DNA from: Pirellulales bacterium
GTDB lineage: Bacteria; Planctomycetota; Planctomycetia; Pirellulales; PALSA-1355
Direction of reading: 5' to 3'
Assembly: GCA_963733035.1 (NCBI GenBank)
Contig: CAVTBU010000005.1
Location: 448,001 to 512,000 of the forward strand
DNA: 64,000 nt
Part shown: positions 50,535-63,132 of the stretch, one piece after another
Layout: the number at the start of each line of letters is the position of its first letter
Position numbering within the stretch: the first letter of the stretch is position 1
Program-made: the position numbers and the translations under genes
The notes under the pieces: model-generated
Database searches by the model: none
The model's input: the letters and a program-made list of their open reading frames with translations, nothing else
What the model was told of the DNA's origin: nothing

Positions 50535-52156
50535 GTGAAGCATTTCTGGCTTGGCTTCGTACTATGTGCGATGGTTTGTGGCTGTAAAACAAGCCCGCAA
50601 GACCGTTCACACCGCCCAAACTCCGTGGCGGGGCGCCCCGCCGCCAGCGCACAGCGGCAACCAGATGCCAGCGCGGGCGCGAACCAGAGCCGCAAGTTGC
50701 GAGGGCCAGCCCAGAATTCGGGACAGCAAAAATATCCGCCAATAGTTCCCAAAATCCCAGCCAGTGGAACGAACCGTCGGCTTCGCGCGTACGGCTGGCG
50801 AAAGCTTCACTGCCAGAAGCAGTTGAAGCACCCCCAGCACGGCATCCCGATGAGCCACAGGACAGCCTGCGCCGCGCGCGGACCGTGTTCTCACTGAGCG
50901 ACGCGCTGGCCGTGAGTCTAGCGGAGAATCCGGACCTGATCACGATCCGAGGAACGGTGAACGTTGGCGCCGCCGCGGTGAACGTGGCCGGCGTCTATCC
51001 GTGGAACCCCTTCGTGCAGGCCCAGTTTCTTCCGAATGGACACCCCTACACGCCTGGCTCGCCCGGCAATGCCACCGGCCAATCGAATTACTATGTCTGG
51101 GTAATGCAGCGATTCGAGTTGGCGCATCAGCGTCGCCACCGCGAAAACAGCGCGATCGCGGCACTTGGACAGATGCAGTGGAACGTTCAGCAGGCGGAAC
51201 TGCTCAATATTGCTCAAACCGAGCGACTCTTCTTTACTGCACTTTACCAGCGTCAATTGCGTGACTTGGCGGCGGACTCGGAAACACTGAGCGATCGCTT
51301 GGCGGGAATTATCGACCGGCGTTTCAAGGCCGGGCTGGCGACCACGGTGCAGCACATCAACGTGCAAGTCGCGGTCCGACAAGCACGCCGTCAACGCGAA
51401 TTGGCCGACGCCGCATATCAAGCGGCGCTGCTTGCACTGCGGCAGCAATTAGGAACAACCACAACCGACGCGATTGACTTAAACGGAGACCTTACGCGGT
51501 ACGAATGGTTTTCGGTCTCCGATGCGGCTTGTCGACTGTCTGGTTCCGCGCCAACCAATCCGCAGCTGCTGGCACAAAGCGTGGCCGAGGCACGTCCCGA
51601 CGTCATGGCATCACGTTCAGCGATCACGATGGCCTACGCGAATTTGAATCTTGCCCGGGCGGCACGTGTTCCGGACGTTCAAGCCGGCCCGATCTACAAC
51701 ACGGCCGACGACGGCACGCAGTACCTCGGACTTCGCTTGCAACGCGATATCGGCGTATTCAACAACGGCTCGGCGCTGAGGGACCAGCGGATCACGGAAG
51801 TGCAGCAGCAGCGATTGACCTACGAGCAGCTGAAGCGTCGGGCGGCCAACGAGGCCGCGGCCGCCATTGACCGATACGAGAGAGCCCGCCATTTGGCTGC
51901 GGCCGCACAACAGGAGACGTTCGCCGCCGCTCCACCCGAGCTGGAGCAGGTGTTAAGAGAATATGAGGCTGGCAACGCCCAGATAGTCGACATCGTGGCC
52001 GTGCAGAGCAATCTGCTGCAGGAGGAGCGTTCGTATCTTGATCTGTTGAACGAGGTTGCCCAGGCCGCCGCCCAGGTGACGCAGACTACTGCCATTCCAC
52101 CCGCGAGGCTCGTTGTGCAACGCCCGCCGAGATTCTCCGCGCCAGCCACCCCGTAG
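50535..52156 (+). CDS. TolC family outer membrane protein (lipoprotein); frameshift near 50750
   Basis: GTG start MKHFWLGFVLCAMVCG-C; body in ORF 50885..52156 with ENPDL and RPDV outer-membrane-efflux repeats. Confidence 0.85.
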
Positions 52157-52202
52157 TTGGCTTAGCCCGACGGTCGTCCCGTTTCGACTCCGTAAGCCAC
52201 CG

Positions 52203-52211
52203 TGCTATAAT
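52203..52211 (+). promoter_or_regulatory. Extended -10 promoter
   Basis: TGCTATAAT about 45 nt upstream of the ATG at 52254. Confidence 0.55.
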
Positions 52212-52253
52212 TCCCCCGGGTTACAAGTGCATTCCTTCCGATTGGTGAATCCG

Positions 52254-52805
52254 ATGCGGCACACGATGCTGATAGTTGCGGTCAGCATGACCTCGTGGTC
52301 ATTACCCGCTCTCGCTCAGACTTCTGATCCGGCAGCGGCCAACCGCGAATTGATCGGTGAAGGTCCGAACGTCACGGTGCAGCAGAGCGCGATCGGCACG
52401 CTCGACGTCGGTGGCCCGGGCGCGGCAAATCCCAAATTGACCGGTGAAAACTTGCGGGGAAACTTTGGCGCCAGCCGACCGCAGCCGACACCCGGGCTGA
52501 GTCCAACCGTCCCCAGCGCCGGTGTTCCGAATTTTTCCTTCCAAGCGCCGAACTTAGGCCCTGATCTGCGCGGTTCTGCCCCGGGTCAGAAACCGTCGAA
52601 GGAGGAGACTCGCATCGCCGAGGACCTCATACTACCTCGCTTTCGTTCCGCGGTCGCGGATTCGTCGGCGCGAACGGCCGCGGCTCACGGTGCCGACGAA
52701 TGGCGCTATCGTTTCTTCAACGGTCGGTGGTGGTACTGGCGCCCAAACGAAACCTGGGCGTTCTGGGATGGCAGCCAGTGGCGCGAGCGCGACGTTCGCA
52801 ATTGA
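52254..52805 (+). CDS. Secreted hypothetical protein with a Trp-rich C-terminal module
   Basis: Signal peptide (PALA-Q), low-complexity linker, WRYRFFNGRWWYWRPNETWAFWDGSQW. Confidence 0.8.
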   Translation: MRHTMLIVAVSMTSWSLPALAQTSDPAAANRELIGEGPNVTVQQSAIGTLDVGGPGAANPKLTGENLRGNFGASRPQPTPGLSPTVPSAGVPNFSFQAPNLGPDLRGSAPGQKPSKEETRIAEDLILPRFRSAVADSSARTAAAHGADEWRYRFFNGRWWYWRPNETWAFWDGSQWRERDVRN

Positions 52806-52850
52806 ACGCGATATCGCCGAGTCGGGTCAGCCGATTCGCGTCGACGCGTA

Positions 52851-52985
52851 GAAACTTTCCGCAGCCCGCGGAAGTCTCGGCCAACCGAACTGGCTGACAC
52901 ACCTCATTGCCGATCCATGCCGTCTTGGGTCGTGCTACGGTTCGCGTGTGCGTCGGCAACCCGCATAGCCGAGACTGTGTGGAAC
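52851..52985 (+). pseudogene. Decayed tyrosine integrase C-terminal remnant
   Basis: ETFRSPRKSRPTELADT followed in another frame by LPIHAV...VGNP, next to the tRNA 3' end. Confidence 0.5.
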
Positions 52986-53151
52986 CGTCCGTTCTCGCGA
53001 AAGCTACGCGCAGCTGCTACTGTTGGCTGGTGCCGTCTTTTGGCCACGCGGAGAATCGCGGCGATTCGCACGCATCGCAGGAAACCCCCAAAGTCGCAAC
53101 GGTTTGTGCAAAATCGGGCGACACGACGCGAAACGCTGCAAGTTGTGAAAA

Positions 53152-53238
53152 CGGATGGGGAGGGATTCGAACCCCCGGTACGGTTTCCCGTACAGCGGTT
53201 TTCAAGACCGCCGCCTTAGACCACTCGGCCACCCATCC
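53152..53238 (-). tRNA. tRNA-Ser (anticodon TGA)
   Basis: GGATGGGTGGCCGAGTGGTCTAAGGCGGCGGTCTTGAAAACCGC..long variable arm..GGTTCGAATCCCTCCCCATCCG; 87 nt; CCA not encoded; TACAAT on the minus strand at 53249-54. Confidence 0.98.
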
Positions 53239-53299
53239 GGTCTCGGCTATTGTACGTTTTTTGCCGCTAGCCGCGAAGCGTTGACAGACGGGCGACCAC

Positions 53300-53544
53300 C
53301 ATTTCGTCATGTGAAGGGGATGCCGAACGCTACGTACGTTTGCGCGCAGGAATTCGCGCAGTTTGTCCTCGGCATAAAAAATAAGTGCGACCAGCAACGC
53401 CACGACCGGCCCCAACAGAAACGACAACGTCACCACGGCGAACGGAATCGCCAGCGGCGGAAATGTAACCACGATCCAGGTGGATAGGGCAACTGCCAGT
53501 GTCAGGACGAACAAACTACGCGTGCCAAATCGCATACTCGCCAT
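53300..53544 (-). CDS. Small two-TM membrane protein (3' end uncertain)
   Basis: MRFGTRSLFVLTLAVAL N-terminus and two hydrophobic segments; as read, the ORF runs through the tRNA to 53017. Confidence 0.55.
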
Positions 53545-53838
53545 TCTAACCACGCCGGCAAAACTAGATAGTTCGATGCGGCGGGAATCGTGGGAACCAA
53601 ACGACCGGGCACAGGCCGCATATGCGCGACTACTTGTGGAACGTCGATGTCGAATACAATGCTCGTGGCGAACCGAGTCGATCGGACCGACCCGGCGTCA
53701 TACTCGAATGTGCTATCAGTACCGTGTTCCGTGGCGCGTTGACGGGCTCCAGATCCGATGCTAGAAAGACCGGTTTGAAATCCCTGTCGTGGCCCCGTCG
53801 CAGGCGGCCAGGCGCACTTGAGTTCGGAGGTTCTGACT

Positions 53839-54033
53839 GTGGGTGGGATTAGCGAGCGACACAAGGAAATCAAACGTCGGCGTCATCGCCGTAAGAAGCT
53901 GGCCCAACTTCACAGTCGGCTGCAAAAGGCCACGGTTTCGGAAAAGGCCGTCATCGCCGCCAAGATTCGCAACCTCACGCCAGGTGCCGAAGCGCTCATC
54001 GATAGCTGGGAGCTTCGCGAGAGCGACCGGTAG
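53839..54033 (+). CDS. Small basic protein (DUF6800-like)
   Basis: GGAGG RBS, GTG start; ERHKEIKRRRHRRKKL..KIRNLTP. Confidence 0.75.
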   Translation: MGGISERHKEIKRRRHRRKKLAQLHSRLQKATVSEKAVIAAKIRNLTPGAEALIDSWELRESDR

Positions 54034-54143
54034 GCCGGCACGCGCAAAGCTCATCGGTTCGCCCGTTGTCACCTCCAATGTCGCGCGGAATTCATCGCGC
54101 GCGGCGCTGCCACCTCGCCTATGAGTGCGGGTGCAGCAGGTCA

Positions 54144-56802
54144 CTAGTGGGTCGCCGCCGGTTCCTCTTCGTCCGACTCAGTTCGGTCAAACGTGAAACC
54201 ATCCTGGCGAAAATCGACACGAATCGTGACCCCCTCGCCAAATCGACCCTTGAGGATTTCGCTGGCCAGCGGATTCTGAATCTGTTGTTGAATCACGCGC
54301 TTCAGCGGGCGTGCCCCGTACGTCGGATCGTAGCCCTCGCGGGCAATCACATCGAGCGCTTCGTCTGTCACGACCAGGTTCATGCCGTGCTGCTCGAGTT
54401 GTCGAGCCAAGATGGCAACTTGCAAACTCACGATCTTGCGAATCTGCGTCCGATCGAGCGGATGGAAGATGATTGTCTCGTCAATGCGATTGAGAAATTC
54501 GGGCAGGAACTGCGTTCGCAGCACGCCGAGCACTCCCTCTCGCATTTCCTCTTCGCTGCCACCCTCCTGCGAAATCTGCTGGATGAGCTGGCTGCCAATG
54601 TTCGATGTCATCACCACGATCGTATTAGTGAAATCAACCGTGCGGCCGTGGCTATCGGTAAGCCGTCCATCGTCGAGCACTTGCAAGAGCACGTTAAACA
54701 CGTCGCGGTGGGCTTTTTCAATCTCATCAAGCAGCACCACACTATAGGGCCTCCGTCGAACGGCCTCCGTCAGACGGCCACCTTCCTCATAGCCGACGTA
54801 GCCCGGAGGCGCGCCAATGAGTCGGCTCACCGTGTGCCGCTCCATGAACTCGCTCATGTCGATGCGAACCATCGCGTTTTCGTCGTCGAACAGGACTTCG
54901 GCCAGCGCCTTGCAAAGCTCCGTTTTGCCAACACCCGTAGGTCCAAGGAAAATAAACGATCCGATGGGTCGGTTCGGATCCTGCAAGCCCGAGCGGTTCC
55001 GGCGCACGGCATTCGACACCGCCTCAACCGCCTCGTCTTGCCCGATGACTCGCTCGTGGAGGCGTTCTTCGAGGACTAGCAATTTAGCTCGTTCGGTTTC
55101 CATCATGCGTGTCACGGGTATCCCGGTCCACGCGCTGACAACCTCGGCGATCTCTTCCGGACCGACTTCCTGCCGCAATAGGCGGCGTTGGACGGCGGCT
55201 GGTTCCGCCGTGCCCGCTGCTTCGACCTTTTGCGCCAGTTGTCGACGTTGATTGTCAAGTTCGTATAGCTGCTGGTATTCCTCCTCGGAAATCAGCTGTC
55301 CGGAGGCCTGTTTCTCGCGAATCGCGTTGCTCAGTTTGTCGAATTCCAGTTCGACCTCGGCCAGACGACCTCGCGTTTCCTGCACATTGCCCACGCCAAG
55401 CTTCTCGGCTTCCCATTGTTCGCGCAGGTCCGCGAGCTTGGCGCGGAGTTCCTGCATTTCCTCTTCGATCTCGGCAAGCCGTTCCTGGGCATGCTCCTCG
55501 GTCTCTTCCGCGAGTTGCCGGGCCGCCAGTTCGAGCTGCGTCAGACGGCGTTGCACTTCGTCGATTTCGCTGGGCACGCTCTCCAGTTCCATCGCCAGCC
55601 GGCTCATGGCTTCGTCCATCAAGTCGATCGCCTTGTCGGGCAGAAACCGATCGGTGATATAGCGGTGCGACAGTTTGGCGGCGGCCACCAAAGCAGAGTC
55701 TTTGATCTTCACGCCCTTGTGATGCGCCTCATAGCGCGGCTTGAGTCCGCGGAGAATCGCGATCGTGTCGTCAACGCTCGGCTCACCGACATAAATTGGC
55801 TGGAACCGGCGCTCGAGCGCGGCATCCTTTTCAATATGCTTCCGATATTCATCGAGCGTGGTAGCACCAACGCAACGGAGTTCACCACGGGCGAGCGCAG
55901 GCTTGAGTAAATTCGCCGCATCGCTGCCGCCTTCGGCCGCGCCCGCACCGATAACCGTATGCAACTCGTCGATGAACAAAATGACGTTACCACCCGCCGA
56001 TTGTACTTCACGAAGCACGGCCTTGAGCCGCTCTTCAAATTCCCCGCGGTATTTCGTACCGGCAATCAACGCTCCCAGATCGAGTGCGATCACCCGCTTG
56101 TTCTTCAGGCTCTGCGGAACGTCGCCCTGGACAATCCGCAGCGCCAGCCCCTCCGCGATGGCCGTCTTGCCGACACCCGGCTCGCCGATTAGGACGGGGT
56201 TGTTCTTCGTACGCCGCGACAAAACCTGGATCACGCGACGGATCTCCTGATCGCGCCCGATCACCGGATCGAGCTTGCCCTGTTGGGCCCGGTCCACCAA
56301 ATCGATGCCGTACTTCTGCAGAGCCTGGAATTTCTCTTCCGGGTTCTGGTCGGTCACCCGAGCGCTTCCTCGCACCGCCTGCAAGGCCTTGAGCACGCCC
56401 TGCTCGTCAATCGCATTGAGCTTGAGCACGTTCTTGGCCTTGGTGTCGACCTGGGCCAGCGCGAGCATCAGATGTTCGGTCGAGACAAACTCATCCTTCA
56501 TCGTGTCGGCTTGCTTTTGCGCCGCTTCGAGTACCTTCGTGGCGCTGTCGCCAAGTTGCGGCATCGCTCCGCCGGAGGCCTTGGGCAAATGGTTCAGCTC
56601 GGCCTCAACGATTTTTTCAAGCTGCGCGGTTGGCGCCGATCTTGTCCAAAATCGGACGGACGACGCCTTCGGTCTCGGCCACCAGCGCCGCTAATAGATG
56701 AATCGCCTCGATTTGCGGGTTGCCGTGGTCGGCAGCCAGATTCTGCGCGCGCTGCAGCGCTTCCTGAGCTTTGATCGTGAATTTATCGAACCGAACGGCC
56801 AT
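54144..56802 (-). CDS. clpB: ATP-dependent chaperone ClpB; frameshift near 56630
   Basis: [17 protein letters not shown]-terminus (ORF 56617..56802), two Walker A motifs ([16 protein letters not shown]), coiled-coil M domain. Confidence 0.97.
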
Positions 56803-56882
56803 CTATTGACCCTTTCCCGATCTGGGCGCCAGAACCTACGCTTCCCTTGCTCCCCACCGAGAGGAGCGGGGGTAAAATGGTC

Positions 56883-56947
56883 ATAGCCGCGCAGCGATGG
56901 GCGCCGCCCCCGGTTGGGCGGCAGCGCCCGCTTGCTTGATCGGCTAT
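56883..56947. other. Long GC-rich stem-loop between dnaK and clpB
   Basis: Outer ATAGCCG/CGGCTAT pair and inner GGGCGCCGCCC/GGGCGGCAGCGCCC pair; no U-tract. Confidence 0.5.
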
Positions 56948-56955
56948 TCGACGAA

Positions 56956-58866
<1,911 letters not shown>

Positions 58867-59026
58867 GCCGAGCTCCTTTCTCCGATTTCGAACGGCCTTG
58901 AGTTTCCCCCGCAGGCGCGTCCGATTGCATTGTTTCGCAGCGGATTGTTATTGAATAAGTTGAATTGGTTGTCGTTCGCTAGAGTTGAGACCTGTGTGTG
59001 CAGGCCGATGTGCTGGATTCCTCAGT

Positions 59027-59043
59027 TAGCAAAGTGTATGCCG
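59027..59043 (-). promoter_or_regulatory. Sigma54-type -24/-12 promoter upstream of dnaK
   Basis: Minus strand CGGCATACACTTTGCTA = GG-N10-GC with TTGC. Confidence 0.7.
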
Positions 59044-59456
59044 ACTCGCAGCCAGTTGGACTACTAACACCATAAGGCATTGCAATCATAGGACTTAAAC
59101 ATTCTGGAATCGCACTTTTCCGGGAAATTGAACCGGGCGACTCTTTCTCGACTGCCGATTTGGCATGAGACATATCGCTCACTTTTTCCCGCTGCCATTC
59201 TGACAGCCCACGGCTCCCGGAAAACACCACGAACCGCTAAATGCGCCATGCTCCCCCTCGGGCGACTAGCAAGACGACCTCGCTGCGTACCGCTGTGCGA
59301 CAGCCGCAGAGCCCCGTTTGTCCTGTATACTTCGCTTGTGGGTCGGTCGCTTGACACCCCGATTTGACCCAAGTACAAGGTGGGTCGACTCTTTGAGTCG
59401 CTTGCCAAGGGCCCAGATGAGGCCCGGTGTGGGCTTGCTAGCAAGATGGACCAAAC

Positions 59457-60580
59457 ATGGCGCGGGAGAAGGCAGGACAGAGGCCAACTAGAAACACCCC
59501 GTCGCGCGCGCCAGCATCAGCTCGCTGAGAGCCAAGATCGACCGCATCGATCAGCAACTCGTCAAGCTCATGAACGAGCGGGCTAAATGTGCCCTGGAAA
59601 TCGGCAAGATCAAAAACAATTCGGGGGTTGCCGCCTACGCCCCCAAGCGCGAGGACGAGGTTTTGTGCCGGGTGCTGGCCCTCAGCAAGGGCCCCCTGGC
59701 GGAACGTTCGGTTCGAGCGATATTCCGCGAGCTGATCAGCGGATCGCGGTCGCTGGAAAAATCCCTCCGCGTGGCTTATCTGGGCCCGGCCTACAGCTAT
59801 AGCCATTTGGCGGCCATTCACCGATTCGGCCAAAGCGTCGAGCTGGTGCCCGTAGGCAATATTGGGGCCGTGTTCGAAGAGATCAACAAGCGGCAGGCCG
59901 ATTTTGGCCTGGTGCCGATCGAAAACTCCACCGACGGACGCGTGGCCGACACGCTGGAAATGTTCACCCGAATGCCCGCCCGCATCTGCGGCGAAATCCA
60001 GCTACGGATCCACCACAACCTGCTGGGCAAATGCGCGCGCTCCGAAGTCGAGGAAGTCTACAGCAAGCCACAGGCCCTGTCACAGTGCCGCAACTGGCTA
60101 GCCAAGCATCTGCCCGGGGCAAGGCTGGTGGAAGTCACGAGCACTTCGACCGCCGCTCAATTGGCCCAGGACAAGCCGGGGGCCGCGGCCATCGCCAGCC
60201 TGCAAGCCGGCGTGCGCTACGGTCTGGACGTGCTGGCGGCTGACATTGAGGACAATAAGAACAACGTCACTAGATTCGCGGTAATTGGCGATGAAACCGG
60301 CCCTCGAACCGGCAACGACAAGTGCTCGTTGATGTTCGAGATCGCCCATCAGCCGGGCGCCCTGGCCGATGCCATGAACGTGTTTAAGCGCAATCGGCTG
60401 AATCTAACCTGGATCGAGTCCTTCCCGATTGCCCGTCCCGAAGGCGGGTATATGTTCTTCGTCGAGTTGGAAGGGCACGAACTCGACCCCCGCGTTCGCA
60501 AGGCCATTACGGCCCTCGAGCGAAAAGCAGTCCGTCTGGACGTGTTGGGGTCCTACGCAAAACTAGCCCCCGTAGAGTAA
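59457..60580 (+). CDS. pheA: Chorismate mutase/prephenate dehydratase; frameshift near 59500
   Basis: LRAKIDRIDQQLVKLMNERA, YLGP, PIENSTDG, SKPQAL, NVTRF, IESFP. Confidence 0.95.
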
Positions 60581-60690
60581 AAAGGGGTGAGACGCAGACG
60601 GACGTCGGAAGGAAGTAAATCCTTCGACACGCCTTGGGTCTGGCCCCGTTGTTTTTTCCAACCTCCAATCTTCTGACCGCATCGCTTCCA

Positions 60691-61706
60691 ATGATCATCA
60701 TTCTTAAGCCGGGCACGACCGACGAACAAATCGAACATGCGATCGAACGCGTCGAAGCGTTGGGACTGACGGCCCATCTCAGTCGCGGCACGCACCGCAC
60801 GATCATTGGTGTGATCGGCGATGAATCACAATTCCAGCCCGAACAGTTCCAGGTGATTCCGGGTGTGGCCGACGTGATTCGCGTGTTGCCGCCTTACAAA
60901 CTGGCCAGCACCGAGGCGCATCCAGAACCCAGCGTGGTGAAAGTCGGCAAGGTAAAGATCGGCGGTGGATACCTGGCGATGATTGCCGGTCCCTGCGCGA
61001 TCGAAAGTGCCGAACGGATGGACGCCATTGCCGAATCGGTGCGTGCGTCTGGCGCGAATATACTCCGTGGCGGAGCATTCAAGCCCCGCACGAGCCCGTA
61101 CGCCTATCAGGGTATGGGTGAGGAGGGCTTGAAGATACTCCGCGAGGCGGGCGACAAGCACGATATGCCGATCGTAACCGAGGTGATGGACCCGCGGCGC
61201 GTGGCACTTGTCGACCGCTATACCGACATGATCCAGATCGGCGCACGCAATATGCAAAACTTCACGCTGCTCACGGAAGTCGGGCAAACCAACAAGCCCG
61301 TGTTGCTGAAGCGAGGCATGAGCGCCACGATCGTCGACTTGCTGATGAGCGCCGAATACATCCTTTCGCAAGGCAATCCAAACGTCGTGCTGTGCGAGCG
61401 AGGTATCAAGAGCTTCGACAATTCGACCCGCAATCTGTTCGATGTGGCGGCGGTGCCAGCTTGCAAAGGCCTTTCGCACCTGCCGATCGTCGTCGATCCT
61501 AGCCACGCAACCGGCCGGCCGGATTTGATTCCACCTTGCGCCTGGCTGGCGTCGCGGCCGGCGCCGACGGCGTGCACATCGAAGTTCACAACTGCCCCGA
61601 GGAAGCCATGTCCGACGGACCGCAGGCATTGCTCCCCGAGCAATACGCCGAGATCGCGAGCCAAATTCGCAAGATGGCGGAACTTCTGGGCAAGCAGATC
61701 AGCTAA
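60691..61706 (+). CDS. aroF: DAHP synthase (type I-beta); frameshift near 61540
   Basis: [46 protein letters not shown]; the tail [17 protein letters not shown] lies in a shifted frame ending TAA at 61706. Confidence 0.95.
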
Positions 61707-61742
61707 AGACCCGTTTCCCTGGGCGGACACAGAAAGGAAGTC

Positions 61743-62501
61743 ATGCGTCGACCATTTATCGCCGGCAATTGGAAAATGAATCTCGATCGGGCCGCGGCCG
61801 TTTCGCTGGCAACCGCCGTCGCCGAGCAGGCCGGTTCGCACCCGGACGTGGAACTGGCGGTATTCCCGCCGACTATTTATCTCGACGCGGTTCGCGAGGC
61901 GGTGGCCGGCACGCCGCTTGGCTATGGCGCCCAGAACGTCTATCACGAGGCCAGCGGTGCATTCACCGGAGAAACCAGCACGGCCATGCTGCTTGATTTG
62001 GGCTGCGACTACGTCATCCTGGGGCACAGCGAGCGGCGCCACATTCTCGGCGAAACCGACGCGGACGTGAACAAAAAGGTCCATGCCGCCCTGGCCGCCG
62101 GACTCGTGCCCATCGTCTGCGTGGGAGAGTTGCTGTCGCAGCGAGAAGCGGGAAAGACGAGTGATGTCATTCGCCAGCAGTTCGACGGCTCGCTAGCCGG
62201 ACTCAGCGCCGAGCAAATGGTGGAGCTAGTGATTGCCTACGAGCCGGTTTGGGCCATCGGAACCGGCAAAGTGGCCACTCCGGAGCAGGCCGAAGAGGTC
62301 CATAAAGAGCTTCGCAAGATCATAACCGACCGTTACAATGCGGACACGGCCCAGGCCGTCCGCATTCAATATGGCGGCAGCGTCAAGGCCAGCAATGCGG
62401 CGGAACTACTGGCCCAGGAAAACGTCGACGGGGCCTTGGTCGGCGGCGCTAGCCTTCAGGCGAAAGAGTTCCTGGGCATCGTGGCCGCCGCCGGACGCTA
62501 G
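61743..62501 (+). CDS. tpiA: Triosephosphate isomerase
   Basis: [29 protein letters not shown]. Confidence 0.99.
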   Translation: MRRPFIAGNWKMNLDRAAAVSLATAVAEQAGSHPDVELAVFPPTIYLDAVREAVAGTPLGYGAQNVYHEASGAFTGETSTAMLLDLGCDYVILGHSERRHILGETDADVNKKVHAALAAGLVPIVCVGELLSQREAGKTSDVIRQQFDGSLAGLSAEQMVELVIAYEPVWAIGTGKVATPEQAEEVHKELRKIITDRYNADTAQAVRIQYGGSVKASNAAELLAQENVDGALVGGASLQAKEFLGIVAAAGR

Positions 62502-62571
62502 GAGCCGGACCCCGGCAACATTAACGCAAGTACAATCAAGCTTTCGCCAAGCAGAGGATGCACACGAAGCC

Positions 62572-63048
62572 ATGCTGAATGTCCTTCTTCCAATCCTGTT
62601 GTTTCTTTCATCGGTGTTCCTGATTCTGCTGGTGCTCATCCAGCGCGGTCGCGGCGGCGGACTGGCTGGCGCCTTTGGAGGCCTGGGGGGCCAAAGCGCC
62701 TTTGGTACCAAGGCCGGCGATCTGTTCACGCGGATCACTATCGGCGTGGCCGCCTTTTGGATTATTCTCTGCGCGGCCTCGGTCAAGCTCTTGAACGATT
62801 CGGGCACCAACATTCTCAGCCAGGACCTGGGCGGCGCGGCCAAGAGTGCAACCGAAGAACTTGGCACCGCGCCAACCGGCGGGGCCGCCGACGCTGCGAC
62901 CAAAGAGGCCGCTCCCGCCAGCGAGGAGAAGTCCGCCAAGACTCCCGCGGAGCCGGATTCTACACCGGCCACGGATACACCCGCGGCCAAGTCGGCTCCT
63001 GCCGAGACTTCGGCGCCCGCGGCCGACACGCCCGAGAAGTCCGAATAG
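62572..63048 (+). CDS. secG: Preprotein translocase subunit SecG with an Ala/Pro/Glu-rich tail
   Basis: [22 protein letters not shown]; follows tpiA. Confidence 0.95.
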   Translation: MLNVLLPILLFLSSVFLILLVLIQRGRGGGLAGAFGGLGGQSAFGTKAGDLFTRITIGVAAFWIILCAASVKLLNDSGTNILSQDLGGAAKSATEELGTAPTGGAADAATKEAAPASEEKSAKTPAEPDSTPATDTPAAKSAPAETSAPAADTPEKSE

Positions 63049-63132
63049 TATCAGGATTGCGCCCCTACCGTGCGGCTGTTCGTTTGGTCGCCGTGCCGGC
63101 AGGGGCCAGGTTCATACGGGGAGAATCGCTCT

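Noticed and set aside
53017..53553. 178-aa ORF reading through the whole tRNA-Ser on the same strand (a tRNA embedded in a CDS)
   Set aside because: Only the first ~75 residues look protein-like. The tRNA has its own TACAAT box, and a single indel near 53315 would give a stop, consistent with the error pattern.
59351..59379. TTGACA-N17-TACAAG as the pheA promoter
   Set aside because: Plausible, but lacks the highly conserved final T of the -10 box; not supported enough to list.
58867..59456. CIRCE/HrcA operator before dnaK
   Set aside because: No TTAGCACTC-N9-GAGTGCTAA; the TTAGCA at 59026 fits the sigma54 -12 box on the other strand better.
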